A stretch of DNA of 34,613 bases from Acidobacteriota bacterium (GTDB lineage Bacteria > Acidobacteriota > Thermoanaerobaculia > Multivoradales > UBA5704). Made by a program: the position numbers and the translations under genes. The stretch spans positions 1 through 34,613 of the forward strand of contig JBDTZG010000056.1 of the NCBI GenBank assembly GCA_040005235.1, read 5' to 3'. This document shows, in pieces, positions 1-11,699 of the stretch; positions within the stretch are counted from its first letter, which is position 1, and every line of letters begins with the position of its first letter. Under the pieces are notes generated by a model, which saw nothing but the letters and a program-made list of their open reading frames with translations, was not told the origin of the DNA and ran no database searches.

Positions 1-99
1 CTGGGGCGTCTCTACCCCGGAACCCGGTGTTTTCGCGTTGCGCGGAAATGGCGTCCTACAACCCGAATTCCCCGAACCTAGAAGACGGTATGCAGCAGG

Positions 100-158
100 G
101 TAGAGACGCCCCAGGACGCCACCACGACAGAACCGGGTGCTAGTGGTCGGGGCGTCTC
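100..158 (+). repeat. GTAG-type REP element
   Basis: GTAG tetranucleotide overlapping the start of a 10-bp stem GAGACGCCCC (103-112) / GGGGCGTCTC (149-158) with a 36-nt interior. Confidence 0.85.
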
Positions 159-290
159 CGATTCACCACGACCGCCGAGGTTCCGCGAGAAATCAATGGA
201 TCAACCGTCCCGGTTACCGGGTGTGCCCCCGATCGGTCGTAGGGTACTGACGGTGGCGCGTAGTCGATGGCGGCGGCGGTTGTAGCGATG

Positions 291-350
291 GAGACGCCCC
301 GACGCCAGTGGACCCGGTTCTGTCGTGGGGGCGTCCTGGGGCGTCTCTAC
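291..350 (-). repeat. GTAG-type REP element (inverted copy)
   Basis: Near reverse complement of 100-158; ends ...GGGGCGTCTCTAC. Confidence 0.85.
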
Positions 351-471
351 CCCGGAACCCGGCGGATTCGCGTTGCGCGGAAATGGCGTCCTAGAACCCG
401 AGTGGCCGCGAACCCAGAAAACGGCGGGTGATAACATCGCACCTCGTACTTAACCCTCCTAGGAGGTCCGC

Positions 472-1062
472 ATGACTTTCCTGATCGTTCTTGTCGTGGT
501 GGCTGTACTGATCGTCTTCTGGGTGGTCGGCCTCTATAACGGCCTGGTCGGCCTGCGCAATCGGTTCAAGAACGCGTTCGCCCAGATCGACGTTCAGCTG
601 AAGCGGCGCTACGATCTGATTCCGAATCTGGTGGAGACGGCGAAGGGCTACATGAAATTCGAGCGCGAAACGCTCGAAGCGGTGATCGCGGCGAGGAATG
701 CGGCGAGCTCCGCGGTCGGGCGCGCGGCGGCGAATCCGGCGGACGGCCAGGCGGTCGCGGGAGCGATGGCCGCCGAAGGCGCCCTCACGGGCGCATTGGG
801 CAAGATGTTCGCGCTCGCCGAGGCCTATCCCGACTTGAAGGCGAACCAGAACATGGCGCTGCTGCAAGAAGAGCTGACCTCGACCGAGAACAAAGTCGCC
901 TTCTCGCGCCAGGCGTACAACGACGCGGTGATGAGCTACAACACGGCGCGCGAGCGTTTCCCCGCCGCGATGTTTGCCGGGGCGTTCGGATTCCAGCCCG
1001 CGACGCTGTTCGAGATCACCGTTCCGGTCGAGCGCGAGGCGGTCAAGGTCTCGTTCACCTAA
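472..1062 (+). CDS. lemA: LemA family protein
   Basis: N-terminal TM helix; YNGLV...IDVQLKRRYDLIPNLV, EAYPDLKANQN and ENKVAFSRQAYN motifs; AGGAGG RBS at 461-466. Confidence 0.95.
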   Translation: MTFLIVLVVVAVLIVFWVVGLYNGLVGLRNRFKNAFAQIDVQLKRRYDLIPNLVETAKGYMKFERETLEAVIAARNAASSAVGRAAANPADGQAVAGAMAAEGALTGALGKMFALAEAYPDLKANQNMALLQEELTSTENKVAFSRQAYNDAVMSYNTARERFPAAMFAGAFGFQPATLFEITVPVEREAVKVSFT

Positions 1063-1089
1063 AAGTAGGCCGAGAGGGGGAGCCGGGCG

Positions 1090-3000
1090 ATGGATTTCTT
1101 CGCCACGCAAGAGCGGGCGCAGCGCCGCACGGCGCGGCTGATGGCGTTGTTCGTCCTCGCGGTCGGCGGCGTGGTGGCCTGCGTCTACGTCGCCCTCCGA
1201 CTCTTGATCTACAAGATGGAAGACGGACCGACGGGGCCGTTCTGGAAACCCGAAGTCTTCGTGCCGGCCGCGACGATCACGATCGCGGTGATCGCTCTGT
1301 CCACTTTGTACAAAATCTGGAGCCTGCGCTCCGGCTCCGAGGCGATCGCCAATCTGCTCGGCGCGCGCCGCATCGCGCCGAACACGACCGAGCCCGCCGA
1401 GCGCCGGCTATTGAACGTGGTCGAGGAGATGGCGCTCGCGGCGGGGCTGCCGGTCCCCTCGGTGGTGGTGCTCGACAAGGAGCCGGGGATCAACGCGTTC
1501 GCCGCCGGCTGGGCGCCGGGCGACTCGATCATCGGCGTCACCCGCGGCTGCCTCGACCGGCTGGAGCGCGACGAGCTGCAAGGGGTGATCGGCCACGAGC
1601 TGTCGCACATCCTGAACGCCGACGCGCGGTTGAACCTGCACCTGATCGGCTGGCTCCACGGTCTGATGGTGATCGCTCTGATCGGCTATTGGATCTTGCG
1701 CAGCATGGGCCGCAGCAGCGGCAGCAGCAAGAAGGGGGGAGGGGCGGCGATTCCCCTGTTCGGCCTCGCGCTGATTGCGATCGGCGGCATCGGCGTCTTC
1801 TTCGGCCGGTTGATCAAGAGCGGCATCTCGCGGCAGCGGGAGTTTTTGGCCGATGCCTCGTCCGTCCAGTTCACTCGGAATCCGTTGGGTCTTGCCGATG
1901 CGCTCAAGAAGATCGGCGGGGCCAAAGACGGCTCGAAGATCGCCAACCCGAACGCCGAGCAGGCGAGCCACCTCTATTTCTCGAACGGCCTGAAGGCGAG
2001 CTGGCTCTCCGCCCTTTCGACCCACCCGCCGCTCGAAGACCGCATCCTCCGGCTCGACCCGAGCTTTACCGGCAAGTTCGCGGCGACCGATCCGGGACCT
2101 AAGCTGCAACCGGTGATCGGGGTCGAGATTCCCGAAAACGAAGAGCGCCTCGCGGCCGGAGTGGTGGGCTTGGGCGGCCATACGATCGCGGCGCGCGTGG
2201 GCACGGTCCAGCCGACCCACGTCGATTACGCAACCCAGTTTCTCGCGAGTCTGCCGGCCGGCCTCCGCGAGCGAGCGCGCGAGCCCGCGACCGCGCCGGC
2301 CCTCCTGTTCGCCCTGCTGCTCGATCGCGACCCGGAGGTCCGGATCGTTCAGGTGAAGGCGCTCGAATCCGCCGGGAGTTTCCTGTTCGAGGAGACGCAA
2401 AAAGCCGCTTCGATCCTCGCGACCTGCCCTGACGCGGCGCGGCTGCCGCTGCTCGATTTGGCTCTCCCCGCCCTGCGCCAGATGTCACGCCCGCAGTGGG
2501 ACGCGTTTCGCACCACCACCCATGCGCTGATCGTCGCCGATTCGCGGATCTCGCTGTTCGAGCTGGTGCTCCAGCGAGCGCTGGTCCGCCACCTCGGTCC
2601 GGTCTTCGGCGGTACCCGGGCGAAGGGGGCGCCGACCGCCCAGCTTTCCGATCGCACGACCGAGGTGGGGCTCGTCCTCTCCGCCCTTGGCCACGCCTGC
2701 GGCTCCGACGAACCCGCGGCCGAAGCGGCGAGCTTCGAGGCGGCGCTACGCTTCTTGGGTGGAGACGCCGGAGCGATCTCCTTTTCCAGCCGCGACGACT
2801 GCCCGCCCGAGGTGATCGATCGCGCGCTGCGCTCGCTCGGCGCGCTGGTGCCGCAAGCCAAAAAGCGCCTGCTCGAAGCGGCGACCGCCTGCGCCGTCGC
2901 CGATCGAAAAGTGACCGTCGCCGAAGCCGAGCTGCTGCGCGCGATCGCCGATTCGCTCGACTGCCCGGTGCCGCCGTTTTTGCCTGGGCAGGAGATCTGA
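1090..3000 (+). CDS. M48 (HtpX-like) membrane zinc metallopeptidase with C-terminal extension
   Basis: INAFAAG, HEXXH (GHELSH), SRQREFLADA and STHPPLEDRI motifs; TM segments; follows lemA as is common. Confidence 0.92.
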   Translation: MDFFATQERAQRRTARLMALFVLAVGGVVACVYVALRLLIYKMEDGPTGPFWKPEVFVPAATITIAVIALSTLYKIWSLRSGSEAIANLLGARRIAPNTTEPAERRLLNVVEEMALAAGLPVPSVVVLDKEPGINAFAAGWAPGDSIIGVTRGCLDRLERDELQGVIGHELSHILNADARLNLHLIGWLHGLMVIALIGYWILRSMGRSSGSSKKGGGAAIPLFGLALIAIGGIGVFFGRLIKSGISRQREFLADASSVQFTRNPLGLADALKKIGGAKDGSKIANPNAEQASHLYFSNGLKASWLSALSTHPPLEDRILRLDPSFTGKFAATDPGPKLQPVIGVEIPENEERLAAGVVGLGGHTIAARVGTVQPTHVDYATQFLASLPAGLRERAREPATAPALLFALLLDRDPEVRIVQVKALESAGSFLFEETQKAASILATCPDAARLPLLDLALPALRQMSRPQWDAFRTTTHALIVADSRISLFELVLQRALVRHLGPVFGGTRAKGAPTAQLSDRTTEVGLVLSALGHACGSDEPAAEAASFEAALRFLGGDAGAISFSSRDDCPPEVIDRALRSLGALVPQAKKRLLEAATACAVADRKVTVAEAELLRAIADSLDCPVPPFLPGQEI

Positions 3001-3084
3001 ATCTCTCTCGAATTTGGGAGCTGGTCGGTTTCAGGCTCGTCGATCCGGAAACGGCCGCGACGATGGGTTTCTGGCTCCGGACGG

Positions 3085-4080
3085 TTACGCCGCAGTCCGA
3101 TGGACCTGGTCGGAAATGTACCCTCTCTCCTGGCCTTTCTGGGCAGCGGCGTCGAACCGCTCTTCCTCCGCGCGCTGCGCGGCCTTCGGTGGCACGACCA
3201 ACACGTTCGTCGGCGCCGAGCGAATCACTTTGGAGGCGACGCTGCCGAGCAGCAGGCGCTCCAAGCCGCCGTAGCCGTGGGTGCCGATCACCACCAGATC
3301 GGGGTGGCGCTCGTCGACCTCGGCGAGGATCTCGGTCACCGGACCGCCCACGCGCACCTTGCGTTGGACGATCGCTCCGCTCTGCGACGTCAAGACCAGG
3401 GCCATCCTTTGCAGCTCGGATTCGGCGAGGCGGACCAGCTGGTCCTGTCGGAACTGCCGCAGGCCCGCGCTGTCGAGCGGGTCGAGCGCGAACAGAAGCT
3501 CAAACGTCGGCTTCCCTTCAAGCGGTGCCAGGAGCGCGAGGCCCGCCTCGATCGCTCGGCGCGAGGTCGGCGACAGATCGACCGGCACCAGCACGCGATG
3601 GGGCAGGATCGGCTGGTCCGGACGCAGGACCAGCACCGGGCAGGGCGCCTGACGGACGACGCGATCGGCGGTCGAGCCGAAGGTCCAGTTGTGCTTGCCG
3701 ACCTCGACGCTGCCGATCAGGATCAGATCGGCGTCGAGCGCCGCGGCCCGCTCCACCAGCAGGCGATGGGCCGGGCCTTCCGCGATGTGGGTGCGAACTT
3801 TCGGCGCCGCGCTCGGCGCGCCGTCGGTAGCCAGAACCGCGTGCCGGGAGGCCTGGGCCTCGACCGCTTCAACTATCTGCCGCCGCTCGATTTCGGAGAG
3901 CTGCGGCGTGACCAGAGGGCCTTCAAACGTCGCAAACAGGGTGGCGATCGGGGTATAGGCGTGAACGATTTCCGCGTCGGCGGCAAGGGCGCGGGCGAAA
4001 GCGAGCCCTGAGGCGACGACTGCCTCGCTCTCCGGGCCGAGGGACGTTCCGATGACGAGGGTCTTGGGCTGCGGGATCAT
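3085..4080 (-). CDS. Universal stress protein (tandem USP domains)
   Basis: Two USP motifs: DLILIGS...FGSTADRVVRQAPCPVLVL and DLVVIGTHG...LLGSVASKVIRSAPTNVLVV; GGAGG RBS upstream. Confidence 0.93.
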   Translation of the reverse strand: MIPQPKTLVIGTSLGPESEAVVASGLAFARALAADAEIVHAYTPIATLFATFEGPLVTPQLSEIERRQIVEAVEAQASRHAVLATDGAPSAAPKVRTHIAEGPAHRLLVERAAALDADLILIGSVEVGKHNWTFGSTADRVVRQAPCPVLVLRPDQPILPHRVLVPVDLSPTSRRAIEAGLALLAPLEGKPTFELLFALDPLDSAGLRQFRQDQLVRLAESELQRMALVLTSQSGAIVQRKVRVGGPVTEILAEVDERHPDLVVIGTHGYGGLERLLLGSVASKVIRSAPTNVLVVPPKAAQRAEEERFDAAAQKGQERGYISDQVHRTAA

Positions 4081-4199
4081 GGCTCACCTCCGTTTTTCGA
4101 TTCGAATCTAGGCCGAATCGCGGAGGTGCGCGACATTCCGCCGGGTGGTTCCGTACCGCCCCGGCGGGTAGGGAGACGAAAGGGCGTCGCGAGGCTACT

Positions 4200-6905
<2,706 letters not shown>

Positions 6906-7016
6906 GCGACTCTCATCTGGAGGTGGGGGGATTCGTGGGCGAGGCCCACGCGAAACTGCAGCGGCAATATACCAGAAAGGTCAACAGGCGCCTTTCTAAG
7001 GCGCAAGAGGGGGGAG

Positions 7017-7883
7017 CTAGGGGCCGTTCGGCTCGTCGAGCATGTAGGCGAGCGGGTTGACCGGCGCGCCGTCGACGTGGACTTCGTAATGCAGGTGGTA
7101 GCCCGTGGAGCGGCCGGTCGACCCGACCTTGCCGATCGTGTCGCCGCGCTTGACGCGCTGGCCGGGCCGCACGTCGATCTCCGAGAGGTGACCGAACGTG
7201 GTAGAGAGTCCGAAGCCGTGGGAGAGAAACACGGCGTTGCCGTAGCCGCCCGCCGATTCGGCCCGCACGACGATGCCGTCCGCCGGAGCCTGAACCGGGT
7301 GACCCGCGGGCGCCGCGATGTCCACGCCCTCATGGCGGCCCCGGCCGTGGGTCAAGGGATCGCTGCGCGATCCGTAACCGGAGGTCAAGATGCCGCGCAC
7401 CGGCGCAATCGCCGGGGTGGAGGAGATCCAGTCGAGCCGCTCGTCGAGGCGGGTAGCGATCTCATTGAGCTGACCGGAGACATCGCCGGTGCGGCGGGCG
7501 ATGTCGTCGAGCCCGTCGAACGAGCTGTCTTCGACCGGCCCGCCGACGCCCGGCTCCGCTTCGCCCAGCGATTCGAGGCCGGCGACGATGGCGAGTTGGC
7601 GCGTCCGATCCTCGGTGTCGCGCAGGCGCTTCTTCAACTGGGAGAGGCTGGATTCGAACGAGGAGTTGGTGGCGCGAAGCTTCTTGTTCTCGGCTTCAAG
7701 GCGGGCGATCTGGGCGGGACTCGCGTTCGACCGGAAATAGAGCCAGGAAACTCCGAGGGAGCCGAAGGCGAGGAACAGGATACAGCCGGCCGCAACCGCG
7801 ATCTGCGGATTGCTCACTCGCCATTTCCGCAGCTTTGCGCGGGCGTGGGGAATGAGAATGATCGTGTGGTGCGTTTGGGCCAT
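7017..7883 (-). CDS. M23 family peptidoglycan endopeptidase with N-terminal TM and coiled coil
   Basis: HEGVD (HxxxD) and STGYHLHYEV (HxH) motifs; coiled-coil stretch after a TM helix. Confidence 0.93.
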   Translation of the reverse strand: MAQTHHTIILIPHARAKLRKWRVSNPQIAVAAGCILFLAFGSLGVSWLYFRSNASPAQIARLEAENKKLRATNSSFESSLSQLKKRLRDTEDRTRQLAIVAGLESLGEAEPGVGGPVEDSSFDGLDDIARRTGDVSGQLNEIATRLDERLDWISSTPAIAPVRGILTSGYGSRSDPLTHGRGRHEGVDIAAPAGHPVQAPADGIVVRAESAGGYGNAVFLSHGFGLSTTFGHLSEIDVRPGQRVKRGDTIGKVGSTGRSTGYHLHYEVHVDGAPVNPLAYMLDEPNGP

Positions 7884-7969
7884 AGGCTGTCTAAGACCGA
7901 CTCCGATTTAGTAGAGGCGAGCAGTGCTCGCCACCAGGGTGAAGCCATCACCGTCCAAAGGTGTCGCGT

Positions 7970-7997
7970 ATTGTAACGGTCGAACTCCGAGTGTCAA
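7970..7997 (-). promoter_or_regulatory. sigma70-type promoter for the M23 peptidase (and probably secA)
   Basis: Minus strand TTGACA-N16-TACAAT, about 85 bp upstream of the M23 start codon. Confidence 0.7.
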
Positions 7998-8166
7998 GCC
8001 GAGTAAAAATTATGTTAGAGAAGCATTCCGGCAGAGTTGTCCAGGCTTTAGGACCCGCCTCGTAATCACCCAAAAATGGAGGTTCCGCTTGTTTCAGGAG
8101 CTGCGGAGTTGGTAACCGCGCATATCCAATTTGAGCTTCGAGCAAGCGGCGGGGTGAAACCCGCTC

Positions 8167-8925
8167 TCAGCCGCGCGCCGCGCCGCGGACCCGTTCGACG
8201 AAGCTGCGAAGGGCGCGCGCCGCGGGGGTGCCGTCTGCCACCAGGTTGGGATCGAACGCGATCCCCGCCCGCTCTCCCTCCCGCCAGGCGACGCGACCGC
8301 GCACCGGGAGGACTTCCAGCTCGCCCGAGACGCCGAGCGTGAATTCGACTCTCTTCCCCAGCGTCCACTCTTCCAAAGCGCCGGTGAGCGCGATACCGCC
8401 GAGCGACAAGTTGTCGAGCAGGAGTGTGTGGCGCAGGCCGTCGGGAAACGTGGCGATCGCCTCGATGCCTAACCGGATGCGCACGTCGCGCTGGCCGGCG
8501 AGGCCGAGCAGGGCGGAGACGTTCCGGCCATGGCGGCGGACCACCTCGCCGCGCAGCTTCAGCTCGACCGCCGGATGGTCGGCGAGGAACGGCAGCAGAT
8601 CGACCTTGTCGATCCGCACCAGCGAAGAGGCCGTCGAAGTGCGCGCCGAAGCGAGCCGATGCGCGCGGTTCAACAGTCCCATCTCGCCAAAATAGCCGCC
8701 GGATCCCAGGCGCGCGAGGAGTTGGTTCGGCTTGCCCGGCGCATCGCGGTAGACCGAGACCTCGCCGGAGTAGACGATATAGAACGCATCGACCGGGTCG
8801 GTCTCGCGAAAGAGAAGCTGATTGGCCGCGATGTCGAAGCTCCGGGAGATTTCCGCCAGCCGGTCGAGGCCCGCGTCATCTAGCTCGGAGAACAGATCGA
8901 CCGACTGCAGGAACGCGCGTAGCAA
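8167..8925 (-). CDS. Cyclic-nucleotide-binding domain plus PilZ domain protein
   Basis: N-terminal cNMP domain (LFSEL, YFGEMGLL, RLASART); C-terminal PilZ-like NLSLGG, VRGRVAW and AGIAF; TTG start with a purine-rich RBS. Confidence 0.85.
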   Translation of the reverse strand: MLRAFLQSVDLFSELDDAGLDRLAEISRSFDIAANQLLFRETDPVDAFYIVYSGEVSVYRDAPGKPNQLLARLGSGGYFGEMGLLNRAHRLASARTSTASSLVRIDKVDLLPFLADHPAVELKLRGEVVRRHGRNVSALLGLAGQRDVRIRLGIEAIATFPDGLRHTLLLDNLSLGGIALTGALEEWTLGKRVEFTLGVSGELEVLPVRGRVAWREGERAGIAFDPNLVADGTPAARALRSFVERVRGAARG

Positions 8926-9034
8926 CGGAAAGCCCCCCTACGAACCACGATTCGATGGACGGATCGCATTGTGACTCGATTGGGGGGGTTGTGCCAAACG
9001 GCGCTCTCCTGGTGTCGGTGGGTAAGCCCATCGC

Positions 9035-9313
9035 TTGGATCCTGCACGGGAGGCTTCACTCGAACAGGAACGTATTCATGCAAAGGTCGCCCGCCAGATC
9101 TTGGAGCTTAGAACTCAAGCGGGTCTGACCCAAAAGGAACTTGCCGAGAAAGTCCAGACCACTCAATCCGTGATCAGTCGGCTCGAGGACGCAGACTACG
9201 AGGGGCACTCGTTGAGCATGCTGAGGCGAATTTCGGATGTCCTTGGAGCGAGCCTCGAAGTGGACATTCGAAAGACCTCACCGTGGCGTATCGACGAGAA
9301 GCCCGCCGACTGA
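9035..9313 (+). CDS. XRE-family helix-turn-helix protein (HigA-like antitoxin), probably 5'-truncated and orphaned
   Basis: LRTQAGLTQKELAEKVQTTQSVISRLE...HSLSMLRRI; in-frame TAA at 9023-9025 just before a TTG start; no toxin ORF upstream. Confidence 0.75.
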   Translation: MDPAREASLEQERIHAKVARQILELRTQAGLTQKELAEKVQTTQSVISRLEDADYEGHSLSMLRRISDVLGASLEVDIRKTSPWRIDEKPAD

Positions 9314-9518
9314 GGAGCTATGATCGAAGGACGTCGGATCCGACCGATCGATGGCTCGCCTGGCTCCTATCCTGCACAGGAAGGCCCGAACTGGCCTTGA
9401 GGCTTCGTTTCAGGTCGGCTGCCTTCTCATGAGATCCAAGCCCTGGCCCGCTCTACACGAAACGGCGGATAGGCTGTCTTTCTTTCCGAGACCCTGAACG
9501 TCTCGAAAGGAGACCGGC

Positions 9519-10691
9519 ATGCGAACCTGGCTGCGCTGGTGCTGGATCGGAGCCCTTGCGCTCGTCGCCTGGCCCGGGTGGGCGATCGAGGTGCGGGACG
9601 TTCCGAAGCCGCCACGTTGGGCGACCGACCTGACCGGACGGGTGCCTCCCCTCGCGCTCGCGCAGTTCGAAGGCGTGGCCGACCGGGTCGAGCGCGAGAA
9701 AGGCGGCCAGATGGTCCTGGTGGTCGTCGGCTCGCTCGACGGAAAGGAATCGCGGCCGTTCGCCGCAGAGCTATTCAACACCTGGGAGATCGGGCGCAAA
9801 GAGGCGAACGACGGCGTGCTGCTGTTTTTTGCGCTCGACGATCACAAGCTTGAGCTTCTGTTGGGCGACGGGCTCGACGATCCGCTACGCCAAGCCGCGA
9901 GCGAGGGGATCGTCCACGACGTCATCGTGCCCCGTCTCAAAGCCGGCGATCTGGCAGGCGCCGTGATCGAGGGCGCGCGGCAGTGCGCGGAGCGGATCTA
10001 CCAGCTGCCGGCGACCGAGGCTGCCGCAGCACCCGAGCCCCTCGCAGCAGCAGAGGCCGTGTCGCAAACGACGAGCGGTGAGCCGGTACCTGTTTCGTCC
10101 CTGCCTCCCATCTTTTCCGGCGAAGCCGGAACTGACAGCCGCGAAACGGGTGGCGGGTCGTCCGGGGCTGCGCCAGGGATTGTTTTCGCCATCCTCGTTC
10201 TCCTGGGCGGGATCGTAGGGTTCTTCTTTCTCCCTCGGCGACCGCCGAAGTGTTGTGGCCAAGCCATGGTCCTCCTGAGCGAGCCCGCGCGGGGAGAACA
10301 CCTCTCGGCGGGGCAGCGGATGGAGGAATCGCTCGGCAGCGTCACCTATGCGATCTGGTCGTGCGGCCGATGCGGTCGCATCGAATCGCGCTCCAACCTT
10401 GCGGCCTTTGGCGGCTACGCGACCTGTTCAGCCTGCGGTTTCCAAACGGCCTCCAAGACCCGCACGGTGCTCCAGGCAGCCACGACCCTGAGCGCGGGGA
10501 GCGCCGAGGTCGTCGAGACCTGTCGGAATTGCAACTTTCGGGCGGTGAACGAAGAAGTGATCCCTCGCACCCGTCCGGTTCAGCGAACCGACCGTCATCG
10601 AGCCAGCTCGGCCGCGCCCTCGCCGAAGTCCCCGGGTAGATCCTTTGGCGGAGGCCGAACTTCCGGAGGCGGCGCGAGCGGCACCTGGTAG
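9519..10691 (+). CDS. TPM (YgcG-like) domain protein with signal peptide, TM helix and C-terminal Cys zinc ribbons
   Basis: ELFNTWEIGRKEANDGVLL, GDGLD, CxxC motifs and FGGGRTSGGGASGTW tail; GGAG RBS. Confidence 0.88.
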   Translation: MRTWLRWCWIGALALVAWPGWAIEVRDVPKPPRWATDLTGRVPPLALAQFEGVADRVEREKGGQMVLVVVGSLDGKESRPFAAELFNTWEIGRKEANDGVLLFFALDDHKLELLLGDGLDDPLRQAASEGIVHDVIVPRLKAGDLAGAVIEGARQCAERIYQLPATEAAAAPEPLAAAEAVSQTTSGEPVPVSSLPPIFSGEAGTDSRETGGGSSGAAPGIVFAILVLLGGIVGFFFLPRRPPKCCGQAMVLLSEPARGEHLSAGQRMEESLGSVTYAIWSCGRCGRIESRSNLAAFGGYATCSACGFQTASKTRTVLQAATTLSAGSAEVVETCRNCNFRAVNEEVIPRTRPVQRTDRHRASSAAPSPKSPGRSFGGGRTSGGGASGTW

Positions 10692-10704
10692 GGGAGAGTC
10701 GCCC

Positions 10705-10872
10705 CTAGGCTCCGACGTGTAATACCTGGCCAGGCGAGATACGAAGGATCGCGGCTAGGAGATTTGGGACCAGCGGCAGTAGGTCCGAGATGTCGTTCGA
10801 GTGGGCTACCTTGTGGTCGGTCAGCTCGTTCTTGAGCTTCTTGGGCAGAGACTCGTCAAGCAGCACGCGCAT
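10705..10872 (-). pseudogene. DUF5615-family PIN-like toxin with an in-frame internal deletion (55 aa)
   Basis: Manual translation: MRVLLDESLPKKLKNELTDHKV joined to AHSNDISDLLPLVPNLLAAILRISPGQVLHVGA*. The family N- and C-termini are present and the central part is missing; overlaps the DUF433 stop. Confidence 0.75.
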
Positions 10873-11077
10873 TGGCGAGCACGGCCTCCCCAGCTTCTTC
10901 CAAGGCAGCGATTGCCTGATCGTGACGCACGGTGGGAAAATCGTCCAGGAACTCGCTCAGAGGATGGCCCCCTTCGAGATAATCGAGAAGCGTGCGGAAC
11001 GGCACCCGCGTTCCTACGAAAACGGGCGTACCGCTCATGATCTCTGGGTCGGTGTGGATGGCAGAGGGAATTCTCAT
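10856..11077 (-). CDS. DUF433 family antitoxin
   Basis: IHTDPEIMSGTPVFVGTRVP...LSEFLDDFPTV signature. Confidence 0.92.
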   Translation of the reverse strand: MRIPSAIHTDPEIMSGTPVFVGTRVPFRTLLDYLEGGHPLSEFLDDFPTVRHDQAIAALEEAGEAVLANARAA

Positions 11078-11099
11078 CGGCGGGTTCCTTGAACCAATT

Positions 11100-11589
11100 T
11101 TATTCGGTCTGTATGCGGCCGATCCTCGGAACGCGGGAGTCGCCTTGCTCCGCCCGTTCGTTGGCTTCCCACCGGGTTCGCATTACGGGAATTCGCCGGC
11201 TCGTCAGGCGCTGTTCGCGCTGGGGGCGCTGGTCGCTTGTTTAGGCCCTGGTCCTGATCGTCGGCACCTGGTGGTTCATCCGCCGGCTGATCGGACGGGA
11301 GGAACGCCTGCTCCCCGAAAGCCAGGGAGCCGCGTTTACGGCATTCCGCGCCGCCGTGCCGCGCCTCTGGCCGTCAATTCGACCGCGCGTCCCCGCCGCG
11401 GGGCGCGTATCCCGCTGTGGCCAGGCGTTCCTCGGTGAGGCGATCTTTTGGATGATCGCATTGAGCGTCGCGTTGTTCGCCGCGACCGAAGTTCCCCGGG
11501 TGCTCAAGTGGTGCGGCGAAGGGGGGCTCGGGCTCTACTTGTTGCTGCTGTTCACGATTCGATCGCTGCGCGGGCGCCAGGCGACCTGA
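11100..11589 (+). pseudogene. Remnant of an isoprenylcysteine-carboxyl-methyltransferase (ICMT/PEMT)-like membrane protein
   Basis: One frame gives FGLYAADPRNAGVALLR...LFALGALVACLG. Another frame from 11245, after a TAG, gives ALVLIVGTWWFIRRLIGREERLL...FTAFRAAVPRLWP, resembling the ICMT C-terminal EE...Y...VPR motif. The central part is absent. Confidence 0.55.
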
Positions 11590-11699
11590 GCGGCGACGAA
11601 CCTCAGATGGCTCTTGCGGACGCGTCGCGCGTCGGCAGTACGCCGGGCGGTAAGCTATGCCGCCTTGAATCCACCGACCCATCGAACGGAGGCAACCCC

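Larger units (their letters stand above)
1..424. repeat. BIME/REPIN-like mosaic of alternately oriented GTAG-type REP elements with a repeated linker
   Basis: REP copies at 1-15 (partial, minus), 100-158 (plus) and 291-350 (minus). Positions 1-88 repeat directly at about 336-424 (period about 335 bp). Confidence 0.85.

Noticed and set aside
201-437. 78-aa ORF in the repeat region
   Set aside because: It is a translation of REP and linker sequence with no coding signature.
455-466. CCTCCTAGGAGG palindrome over the lemA RBS
   Set aside because: It has no loop so cannot fold as a hairpin, occurs once, and has no further support as an operator.
4138-4167. GC hairpin downstream of secA as a terminator
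   Set aside because: Imperfect stem without a U-tract; not distinguishable from GC background.
9320-9400. 26-aa ORF with GAGGAG upstream (MIEGRRIRPIDG...)
   Set aside because: Too short and without a recognisable motif; cannot be supported.
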